Shown: positions 21,422-28,493 of the stretch, in pieces
How positions within the stretch are numbered: the stretch's first letter is position 1
Layout of the letters: each line of letters begins with the position of its first letter
Source: a bacterium
GTDB lineage: Bacteria; Bdellovibrionota_C; UBA2361; OMII01
Direction: 5' to 3'
DNA: 51,701 nt
NCBI GenBank assembly: GCA_017853605.1
Contig: JAFMJG010000002.1
Location: 1-51,701, forward strand
Translations under genes and position numbers: made by a program
The notes under the pieces: model-generated
What the model saw: the letters and a program-made list of their open reading frames with translations, nothing else
Databases searched by the model: none
Told to the model about the DNA's origin: nothing

Positions 21422-21485
21422 AAAAAAACTGCCTGGGTTATACCGCACCCGACCTGGAAGTCGAGCGCGATAATCACCCAGGCAG
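21422..21485 (-). terminator. Hairpin plus U-tract between precursor gene and MNIO gene (candidate partial terminator/attenuator)
   Basis: On the minus strand, CTGCCTGGGT (21485-21476) pairs perfectly with ACCCAGGCAG (21438-21429), with an inner CGAC/GTCG stem. It is followed immediately by TTTTTTT (21428-21422). Confidence 0.5.
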
Positions 21486-21511
21486 CCCAAAAGCCCTAGC
21501 GAGATCAGGGC

Positions 21512-21793
21512 CTACTTGTCACCGGAGCACTTCTTGTCTCCGCTGCACTTCTTGTCGCCGCTGCACTTCTTGTCGCCGCTGCAGCTCTTGTCGCCGCTGC
21601 ACTTCTTCTCGCTGCTGTCCGCCTTCTTCTCGGCACCACACCCCTTGTCGCCAGCGCAGGACTTTTCGCCCGCAGCCTGGTGATCGTCAGCGTGCTCGGC
21701 AGCCGCAGTCACGGGCGCGACCACAATGCTCGCGCCAGCGATAGTTCCTACGACGAGAGCAGAGAGAGCCGAAAATGTCTTTCTTGTAGCCAT
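21512..21793 (-). CDS. RiPP precursor peptide: Sec-type signal peptide plus Cys-repeat (K/S)CSGDK core
   Basis: Start taken at ATG 21793: MATRKTFSALSALVVGTIAGASIVVAPVTAAA|EHADDHQAAGEKSCAGDKGCGAEKKADSSEKKCSGDKSCSGDKKCSGDKKCSGDKKCSGDK*. Seven Cys. Lies directly upstream of and co-directional with DUF692-DUF2063. Confidence 0.8.
   Translation of the reverse strand: MATRKTFSALSALVVGTIAGASIVVAPVTAAAEHADDHQAAGEKSCAGDKGCGAEKKADSSEKKCSGDKSCSGDKKCSGDKKCSGDKKCSGDK
21515..21604 (-). repeat. Five tandem 18-nt coding repeats (hexapeptide [K/S]-C-S-G-D-K)
   Basis: Plus-strand units: cttgtcaccggagcactt / cttgtctccgctgcactt / cttgtcgccgctgcactt / cttgtcgccgctgcagct / cttgtcgccgctgcactt. Differences between units are mostly synonymous (Ser TCC vs AGC; Gly GGT/GGA/GGC). 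Confidence 0.9.
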
Positions 21794-22011
21794 ACTTTTT
21801 TGCACCTTTTTTTCTTGAGTTGTCGCCCCGTGCCTTGCCACGCGCCCGATGCATCCCCCGAAAGCGTCACTCGTCTCTGGTTGGCTAGTTTCAGGTTTTT
21901 GCCTCGAGCACTGCAGGCACACGACGCCTACATAAGACACCGGGGCGCTGCCGTTATTCACGCGCAGCCCGAACGCTATCCAACAGTGGCGCCCACGGGC
22001 AACTCCTTTTG

Positions 22012-22638
22012 TTACCGGCGAGCTCCCATGTCGCGCATAACCCGCTCAACTGTCTCAACAATCGCCTGGGTTGAGCGGTCCACCTCAACGTTGACAGGAG
22101 CCCCGGGGCTGACAGCCCCAAAGGTGGTCTTTGAGAGCGTCTCCGGTATGAGGGAAACAGTGAACTCGCCACGCTCCCTGTCCACCCCGGTAAGGGTAAG
22201 GCTCGTGCCATTGAGCGCCACGTACCCCTTGGTGAAAAGGTACCGCGTCCATTCGTGGGGGCAGCGGAAGGTGAGCACCCTGCTGTGCCCTATCGGCTCC
22301 ACGGACGCAACTTCGGCGACGAAGTCCACATGGCCTGAGAGGATATGCCCCCCGACCTCCTCGCCGAACCGGAGCGACCGCTCAAAGTTGAGCGACGTGC
22401 CCGCTGCTGCCGCGCGGAACCCCGTGCGAGCGAGGGTCTCTGGCACCAGGTCAAAGGTCGCGCCGTTCGGGCCAGGCAGCGAGGTTACGGTGAGGCAGCA
22501 GCCATCGAGTGAGACGCTCGCGCCCTGAACTATTCCGTCCAGCGCCCCCTCTGGAAACGAGACAGTCAGCGTCACGATGTCGGCTCGCTGCTCAACTTTT
22601 TTAACCGTCGCGATCCCCTGCACAATTCCCGTAAACAT
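22012..22638 (-). CDS. ribE: Riboflavin synthase (alpha chain)
   Basis: MFTGIVQGIATVKKVE... N-terminus and duplicated ...GASVSLDGCCLTV... / ...YVALNGTSLTL... lumazine-binding repeats. Confidence 0.9.
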   Translation of the reverse strand: MFTGIVQGIATVKKVEQRADIVTLTVSFPEGALDGIVQGASVSLDGCCLTVTSLPGPNGATFDLVPETLARTGFRAAAAGTSLNFERSLRFGEEVGGHILSGHVDFVAEVASVEPIGHSRVLTFRCPHEWTRYLFTKGYVALNGTSLTLTGVDRERGEFTVSLIPETLSKTTFGAVSPGAPVNVEVDRSTQAIVETVERVMRDMGARR

Positions 22639-22661
22639 TCCCTGCTCCTTTCCCCTGCCGG

Positions 22662-23279
22662 CTAGCCGATGAGCAGGAGGATTCTCTGCCAGACCGCCTC
22701 AGGCGAGATCCCCTCGCCCGTCACGAGCACGTCACCCTCCTCGAGGCCGTAGCCCTGCGAGACACCCCGCACGGACTGCACGCGCTCGCTCATCCGCAGC
22801 GCATCAATTTTGGTGACCACAATCAGGCAGTGAATGCCCTCCCTGGCACAGACGGCCTGAATGGCGCGCTCGTCAGCCTCTGGGAGCCTGCGGCAGTCAT
22901 TGAGCAGGATAACGACCCGCAAGGCCTGTCGTGCCTGGAGAAAAGAGACCGACAGCCCCGATATGTGCTCACGCTCGGCTTTGGAGAGCTTTGCGTACCC
23001 AAACCCAGGCATGTCGACGAGGGCTATCTTGAACGGCTCTCCGCCGCGCTCAACTTCGACCTGGTAGTAGTTAAGCTCTCGCGTTGAGCCGGGATTGCCG
23101 CTCACGCGCGCCAGCTGCTTGCGCCCGCATAGCCGGTTGATGAAGGTCGACTTGCCGACGTTCGATCGGCCAATGACGGCAACCTCCGGGAGCGGATGCC
23201 TCCGGATTGCGTCTAGGGCGGGGGCCCCGAAGAGGAACTCCGCCTTGCGGACCTCAATGTCCTGGGCTGCCGCGGCCAT
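22662..23279 (-). CDS. engB: Ribosome-biogenesis GTPase EngB/YsxC/YihA
   Basis: ...EVAVIGRSNVGKSTFINRL... (G1), ...LVDMPGFGYAK... (G3), ...IVVTKIDAL... (G4). Confidence 0.9.
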   Translation of the reverse strand: MAAAAQDIEVRKAEFLFGAPALDAIRRHPLPEVAVIGRSNVGKSTFINRLCGRKQLARVSGNPGSTRELNYYQVEVERGGEPFKIALVDMPGFGYAKLSKAEREHISGLSVSFLQARQALRVVILLNDCRRLPEADERAIQAVCAREGIHCLIVVTKIDALRMSERVQSVRGVSQGYGLEEGDVLVTGEGISPEAVWQRILLLIG

Positions 23280-23415
23280 GTTCCTCGCTCAATCGCTTCC
23301 GTAGGTGGAGCTCAATCCTGGTCAAGCGGACACCGAGCCAGAGCGTGTAAACTGCCAGGATTACCCAGACCGAGTTGTACGCCCAAAAGAGTGATGGGTA
23401 GCTGTCTGGTGTCAT
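23254..23415 (-). CDS. ccmD: Heme exporter protein D (CcmD), 53 aa; below the ORF-track length cut-off
   Basis: Hand translation: MTPDSYPSLFWAYNSVWVILAVYTLWLGVRLTRIELHLRKRLSEEHGRGSPGH*. Single TM helix. ATGA overlap with the ccmC stop. Canonical position after ccmC. 3' end overlaps the engB start. Confidence 0.6.
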   Translation of the reverse strand: MTPDSYPSLFWAYNSVWVILAVYTLWLGVRLTRIELHLRKRLSEEHGRGSPGH

Positions 23416-24182
23416 CGCTTTTCCTCCTCAACGCCTATCAGGGTGACCCCTTCGTGTGCCGACTCAATCCGGTAGCGAAGCCATGCGAGGTACGCCGTCA
23501 GGCTCAGCAGCGCCACCGTTGAGAGGCCGAAAGCCCACCAGTATGAGGGATCCTTGAGGCCACCGCGCTCGATAACTTCAGGGTGGAGCCTGGCGCTCGC
23601 TGGCAGGAACTTTATCGAGACGTAGACGAGCGGCACCGATGCCGCCCCAAGGATCCCCAAAATGGCGGAGTGCACCGCCGTCTTTGCCGGCTCGCTAAAG
23701 TTTCTCAGGACCGTGAATGCCAGGAAGATTAGCCACAGCACCAGAAACGTCACGAGCCTCGGCTCCTCCCAACGAAACCAGGTGTTCCACGCGCTGTGTC
23801 CCCAGATCATGCCGGTGACGAGCACGATGGTGCACAGGACGAAGCCTACCTCGCCGCACGCCGCGGCGATCCGGTCAGCCTTCCTGCTCCCCGTGGCCAA
23901 AAACGCCAGGCTGGCGGCAAACACGGCACCGAAGGCGGCGTAGCAGGAGAGCGCGGCACCGACATGGAAATAGAAAACTCTCTGAACCGCCCCCATGACC
24001 GCCTCGTTCGGCACCACCATGAACACGAGGTAGTGCGACGCGGCAACGAGCAGGAGTGTCGTGACTCCGAGCAGGGCAAATGCTGGTGCGGACTTGATCA
24101 TGCCGGGAGTTATACCCCTCATCGGGCGCCCCGTCCAATTCGTCAGGGCGCAAGGCGCAGGAAGGCTGCAACTCGCGGGCAT
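23412..24182 (-). CDS. ccmC: Heme exporter protein C (CcmC)
   Basis: Trp-rich heme-handling motif ...WGHSAWNTWFRWEEPRL... and multiple TM helices. True start may be Met at 24122 or 24101. Confidence 0.85.
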   Translation of the reverse strand: MPASCSLPAPCALTNWTGRPMRGITPGMIKSAPAFALLGVTTLLLVAASHYLVFMVVPNEAVMGAVQRVFYFHVGAALSCYAAFGAVFAASLAFLATGSRKADRIAAACGEVGFVLCTIVLVTGMIWGHSAWNTWFRWEEPRLVTFLVLWLIFLAFTVLRNFSEPAKTAVHSAILGILGAASVPLVYVSIKFLPASARLHPEVIERGGLKDPSYWWAFGLSTVALLSLTAYLAWLRYRIESAHEGVTLIGVEEEKR

Positions 24183-24212
24183 TGCGCGAAATCAGGGGCT
24201 GCCAACAGCCCC

Positions 24213-24902
24213 TCAATCGCGAAGGGCGTGCTCAAAGAGGTTGGCGCCAATCACGATGTAGAGTGCGTTGGCACAGGCCAGTATCGAGGGCCACGGGGAG
24301 GCTGGATCCGCCGCTCCAGCCGTCACGATTTGGGAGGTCAGCTCAACTCCCGAAAAGAACACCGGGAAGAGGAGTGGCAGCGCGATTACCGGGAGTATCA
24401 CGCCCCGAAGCCGGGCTGTGCCGGCAACCGCCGACAAGACCACAAGCAGCCCAGCCACAGCTGTTGATGCGCCAAGCCCCACGAGACAGAGCTCCAGAAA
24501 GCTGCCCCACACATCTTGGTTGAGCGCCCCGGCTATCACCGCCGAGAGGATGACAAAGTGCCCGAAGCAGAGGGCGCTCGCCACAACAAGCTTGGCTAGG
24601 TACATCTGGGGGCCAGTGGCTCCCGCGAGGATTACGCCCTCAAAGCCCCGGCCTTCAGCTTCCTGCTCATGCGCACGCACCGACGATACGCTCACCGAGA
24701 GCAGGAAGGTGATCCACAGGAAGGCCGGGAAGATCTTCGCCGCGCTGGCCGCGTCGAGGAAGGCTGAGCTCGCCCCAACGCCAACAAGCGCCGCGCACAG
24801 CATGGCGTTGCAAAAGAGCAGCGTGGCAGTCTCCTTGCCCCGCAGCTCAAGCCGGGCCTCCTTTTTGAGCAGCGCAAAGAATCCCGCAAGCCAGCGCGTC
24901 AT
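24213..24902 (-). CDS. ccmB: Heme exporter permease CcmB
   Basis: 229 aa, six hydrophobic helices, N-terminus ...FFALLKKEARLELRGKE... typical of CcmB. ATGA overlap with ccmA. Confidence 0.8.
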   Translation of the reverse strand: MTRWLAGFFALLKKEARLELRGKETATLLFCNAMLCAALVGVGASSAFLDAASAAKIFPAFLWITFLLSVSVSSVRAHEQEAEGRGFEGVILAGATGPQMYLAKLVVASALCFGHFVILSAVIAGALNQDVWGSFLELCLVGLGASTAVAGLLVVLSAVAGTARLRGVILPVIALPLLFPVFFSGVELTSQIVTAGAADPASPWPSILACANALYIVIGANLFEHALRD

Positions 24903-25582
24903 CGATTGGCCTCCCGGTAGAGCGAGGCAACTTGCGCGAGGGCCTCGGGGGCAGCAGAGGGGCCAGAGTCTGACACCACTTCGCCGTCCTTCATGACAAT
25001 CACTCGCGTGGCGATCGGCTGAAGCCGGTGCAGGTCGTGTGTGGCTATGATGGTTGCGGGCTTCGGCACGCGCTTCTCACCGACCGCTGCCGAGAGCATC
25101 GACACTCCCCGCTCGTCGAGGTTGCTCGATGGCTCGTCGAGGAGCCGAAGCCGCGGCGCGCCGAGAAACGCCCGGGCCAAGCCGGCGCGGGCCTGGTTTC
25201 CGCGCGAGAGATCCCCCACTTGGCAATCGGCGATGTCGGCCAGCGCCCAATACTGCATGGCCTCAACGGCCGCGTCGGCGGGCGCCCCAGCGACGTCAGA
25301 AAAGAGCCGCAGGTTTTCGCGCACCGTCAGGCGGCTGTAGAGCATGGGGACGTGCGAGAGGAAGCCCAGGGTGCACGGCGTGGCGCGCGCAACGTCGCCC
25401 TCATCGTGGCGCATAAGGCCGGCCAAAACTCGCAGGAGCGTCGATTTGCCGGCGCCATTTGGCCCGAGCAGCAGCACCACCTCGCCGGCAGCAACCGAGA
25501 GCGAAACGCGCCGCAAGACTCGACGGGGCCCAAACCGCTTCGAGACGCCGCGGGCCTCTATCAGGGTCTCACCGCCCGCCAT
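24899..25582 (-). CDS. ccmA: Heme ABC exporter ATP-binding protein CcmA
   Basis: Walker A LLGPNGAGKSTLL, signature LSRGNQARAGLA, Walker B LRLLDEP. Confidence 0.9.
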   Translation of the reverse strand: MAGGETLIEARGVSKRFGPRRVLRRVSLSVAAGEVVLLLGPNGAGKSTLLRVLAGLMRHDEGDVARATPCTLGFLSHVPMLYSRLTVRENLRLFSDVAGAPADAAVEAMQYWALADIADCQVGDLSRGNQARAGLARAFLGAPRLRLLDEPSSNLDERGVSMLSAAVGEKRVPKPATIIATHDLHRLQPIATRVIVMKDGEVVSDSGPSAAPEALAQVASLYREANR

Positions 25583-25856
25583 GTGACTGAATCTCGCTCA
25601 GCACCCTGCCTACCTCTAGCGAGAGGTCGCGTCGGGCGCCCTGGTAGTCCTCGTCACTCACCTTCCCGGTCGAGTGGTCGAGCTCAAGATCTTTAAGCGA
25701 CCTAAGAAGGCGCTCCTTGGTGTCAAGCAGCGAGCGGAGCGAGTCCTGCTCCGACAGCACCACCACGCCGCCGAGCGCCGGCTCAAAGAGCGGCTTCACA
25801 AAGAGGTACGCCAAGACGCCCGAAAGGGCCGCAGCCGCAACAATCCACATGCTCAT
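25569..25856 (-). CDS. Small membrane-anchored protein resembling the N-terminal module of CcmI/CycH
   Basis: Start at ATG 25856 (ATGA overlap with the ccmF stop): MSMWIVAAAALSGVLAYLFVKPLF..., then ...KERLLRSLKDLELDHSTGKVSDEDYQGARRDL.... One TM helix plus a helical tail. Confidence 0.45.
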   Translation of the reverse strand: MSMWIVAAAALSGVLAYLFVKPLFEPALGGVVVLSEQDSLRSLLDTKERLLRSLKDLELDHSTGKVSDEDYQGARRDLSLEVGRVLSEIQSHGGR

Positions 25857-27862
25857 GCCGTCTCCGCCACTCGTGAAGCGCCCAACTGCGCTGCCGGAAC
25901 CCGGCGGGGGGCCGGCACCGCAACGATGATGCCGCCAAGCACCATGATGATTGCGCCGTACCACAGCCACACCTGCAGCGGGTTGATAAAGATCTTAAAG
26001 GAGGCCTTCGATCCTGTTTCATCAACCCCAGCGAGGACGAGGTAGACATCCTCCCGCTGCCCCATGCGAAGCGCAACCTCGGTGGTCGTCTCCTTGTTCT
26101 TTGGGTAGAAACGGAGCTCCGGCGCCAGCACCTCGATGAGCGAGCCGTCCTTGGCCGACACAAGCGCCACGTGGGCCTGGACGGACTCGTAGTTCTTGAG
26201 CGTCTCCTCGTGAAACTCCTGCAGCCTGAGCCCAAAACGGCCGACCATGAAGGTCTCGCCAGGCGCGATGGTAAACTCGCGCTCAATCTTGTGGGCCATG
26301 GATGCCGTGATGGCAACCGTCATTACCACAACACCGAAGTGGATGATGTGCGCCCCGTACTTGACGCGGTGCCGGCGAAAGAGCGCCACAGCAGCGCGGG
26401 GCGATGCCGCAGGGGAGCCTGTTGCGCCCGCCTGTGCAGCGAGCCCGCGCTGGGCCTCTGCCAAGATTGAAAGCACAACAAAGAAAGAGATCGCGTATGC
26501 AAGCACCGGGTAGAACTCGGTGATCCCGGACCACGTCACCGCGATGGCAACCAGGAGGGCGCCGACAAACGGCACAGCAAACGATCGGGCTACCTGCCTA
26601 AGCCCAGCTCGCCTCCACGCGATGCCGGGCCCTATTCCCATAAGAAACACAAGAGCCAAGAAGAGCGGCACGTTCACCGCATTGAAGAACGGGATCCCCA
26701 CAGTCTGCTTCTGCCCGGTGAAGGCCTCAGAGAAGACCGGGAACATGACCCCCCACAGCACTGCGAAGCAGATGCTCAAGAGCACGAGGTTGTTGAGAAG
26801 GAAGACCGCTTCGCGCGAAAAGACGCTCGCAATTGCCCGCTCTGGCGCAAGCTCCCTCCGCCGCAGCGCAACGAGCCCGAGAGCAGAGATGAAGATGACG
26901 GCAAGGTAGGCGAGGAACGTCCAGCCTATGTCAGTCGAGGCGAAAGCATGCACGCTCTGGACGATCCCTGACCTGGTCAGGAACGTCCCAAAGACGGTCA
27001 GCGCATATGTAAGGGTCACGAGGAAGATGTTCCACAGCTTGAGCATTCCCTTGCGCTCTTGCACCATAAACGAGTGGAGGAATGCGGTTGCCGTTAGCCA
27101 CGGAAGAAACGACGCGTTCTCGACCGGGTCCCAAGCCCAGAAGCCGCCCCACCCAAGCTCAAGGTAGGCCCAGTGCCCGCCGAGCACTATCCCCGCGGTC
27201 AGGAACGTCCAGGCGATCAGTGTCCAGCGCCGGGTAAGCCTCACCCAGTCGTTGGAGAGCTGGCCAGAGGCGAGGGCCGCCATGCAGAACGCGTACGGTA
27301 TGGCGAGGCCGGTGAAGCCCAGGTACAGGGTTGGGGGGTGAATCGCCATGTACTCGTTCTGCAGCAGGGGATTCAGGCCATTTCCGTCCGGCATCGCCAT
27401 CGGGGCCTTGAGGTAGCGGAACGGGTTCGTGAAGAAGAGCGTGATGGTGGTAAAAAAGAGGGGCGACGTGTTGAGGAAGCCGAACAGGAAGGGGAGCAGC
27501 GGCCTCGGGTACGAGAGCGAGGCGCGCGCAACGAGGGCGCCGAAGCCCGCAACGAGGAAGCACCACAGGAGCATCGAGCCGTCCATGCCGCCCCAGATCG
27601 CAGTTACTTTGTAGATCCACGGCATGTCGCGGTTCGAGTACTGCCAGACGTACTGGACAGAGTAGTCGTTCGTCACGAAGGCGTAGCCCAGGCCCACGAG
27701 CGAGCACCCCAAGCACGCTGCCACTGCCACCGTAACGCGCCGCAGCACCTCGACATGCGAGAGGCGCGCCTGCCGGGACAAGCCGAGCGCCATGCCGCCG
27801 ACTGTGCCCACGAGCGCGAGGATCCACGCCAGCGCCAGGGAAAAATGTCCAAATTCAATCAC
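25853..27862 (-). CDS. ccmF: Cytochrome c-type biogenesis heme lyase CcmF
   Basis: 669 aa polytopic protein with the WWD motif ...GWGGFWAWDPVENASFLPW.... Confidence 0.92.
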   Translation of the reverse strand: MIEFGHFSLALAWILALVGTVGGMALGLSRQARLSHVEVLRRVTVAVAACLGCSLVGLGYAFVTNDYSVQYVWQYSNRDMPWIYKVTAIWGGMDGSMLLWCFLVAGFGALVARASLSYPRPLLPFLFGFLNTSPLFFTTITLFFTNPFRYLKAPMAMPDGNGLNPLLQNEYMAIHPPTLYLGFTGLAIPYAFCMAALASGQLSNDWVRLTRRWTLIAWTFLTAGIVLGGHWAYLELGWGGFWAWDPVENASFLPWLTATAFLHSFMVQERKGMLKLWNIFLVTLTYALTVFGTFLTRSGIVQSVHAFASTDIGWTFLAYLAVIFISALGLVALRRRELAPERAIASVFSREAVFLLNNLVLLSICFAVLWGVMFPVFSEAFTGQKQTVGIPFFNAVNVPLFLALVFLMGIGPGIAWRRAGLRQVARSFAVPFVGALLVAIAVTWSGITEFYPVLAYAISFFVVLSILAEAQRGLAAQAGATGSPAASPRAAVALFRRHRVKYGAHIIHFGVVVMTVAITASMAHKIEREFTIAPGETFMVGRFGLRLQEFHEETLKNYESVQAHVALVSAKDGSLIEVLAPELRFYPKNKETTTEVALRMGQREDVYLVLAGVDETGSKASFKIFINPLQVWLWYGAIIMVLGGIIVAVPAPRRVPAAQLGASRVAETA

Positions 27863-27880
27863 GGCCGTGCTTCCTCCCGA

Positions 27881-28300
27881 CTACTGCTGTTGCTGGTGCG
27901 GCGCCGCGCCCGGGACCGCCGGCTCATACTTCGATGGGCACTGGGTTTGAAGCTTCGCCGCACGCAGCGTGCCGCCAATGAAATCGCCGTCGATAAGCAC
28001 ATCGCGCCCGGCAGCGAACATGTCTGGCTTGAGGCCCATGTACACTACGGGCACTGACGACTCGTCCCCTGCCGGATCCTTGACCCGGAAGGAGAGCATC
28101 ATGCTGGGCTCAGTTCGGTACTCAACCGGATCAACAACCCGTCCGCCTATTCGAACCCGCAGAAGGTCCCTCGCATGGGCCTTGGAGATAAGCTCCGAGG
28201 GCTGAAGCACCAGGGAGCTCGTGCCGCACGTTGCTTGGTACACTAATACGCCCCCAACCACGATGAAGAGAGCCACAAAACTGATAAAGATCCTACCCAT
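27881..28300 (-). CDS. ccmE: Cytochrome c maturation heme chaperone CcmE, CxxxY variant
   Basis: Start at ATG 28300 (MGRIFISFVALFIVVGG... anchor). OB-fold region ...LRVRIGGRVV...VVYMGLKPDMFAAGRDVLIDG.... The heme-attachment position reads ...KLQTQCPSKYEP (Cys where canonical CcmE has His). Confidence 0.8.
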   Translation of the reverse strand: MGRIFISFVALFIVVGGVLVYQATCGTSSLVLQPSELISKAHARDLLRVRIGGRVVDPVEYRTEPSMMLSFRVKDPAGDESSVPVVYMGLKPDMFAAGRDVLIDGDFIGGTLRAAKLQTQCPSKYEPAVPGAAPHQQQQ

Positions 28301-28493
28301 GACGTCTTGAGCGGCAGCCGAAACAATTGCCCGTGGAAGTGTATACCAAGGCTCCCGCCTTAGCCATTCAGCGGCCCCAAAGAAAGCGGCCTGCAAGACG
28401 GGGCCGCAGCGCCTTAGGGCAACGCCGAGCAGCCGCCTGAACAGCCAGCAATATCAGGGCGTTGCAGGGCGATATCTGCTCCCTGCTTGGCGC

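Noticed and set aside
21515-21604. Tandem 18-nt repeats considered as CRISPR or VNTR
   Set aside because: There are no spacers. The units are contiguous, in-frame and encode a conserved hexapeptide inside a peptide gene, so this is a coding repeat and not CRISPR.
21824-21839. Sigma-54-like TGGCA...GGGC element upstream of the precursor gene (minus strand TGGCAAGGCACGGGGC)
   Set aside because: GG/GC spacing is off by one, the -12 TTGC is missing, and the only sigma-54 activator in the window is 15 kb away.
21794-21961. N-terminal extension of the precursor ORF (tracked start 21961)
   Set aside because: The extra 56 codons are non-protein-like (MNNGSAPVSYVGVVCLQCSRQ...). They would bury the signal peptide internally, so ATG 21793 gives a proper n-h-c signal sequence.
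21680-22528. 282-aa plus-strand ORF covering the precursor upstream region and ribE
   Set aside because: Antisense to riboflavin synthase. Ser/Arg/Pro-rich junk.
27173-28057. 294-aa plus-strand ORF spanning ccmF/ccmE
   Set aside because: Antisense to ccmF. Extremely Arg/Glu/His-rich with no motifs.
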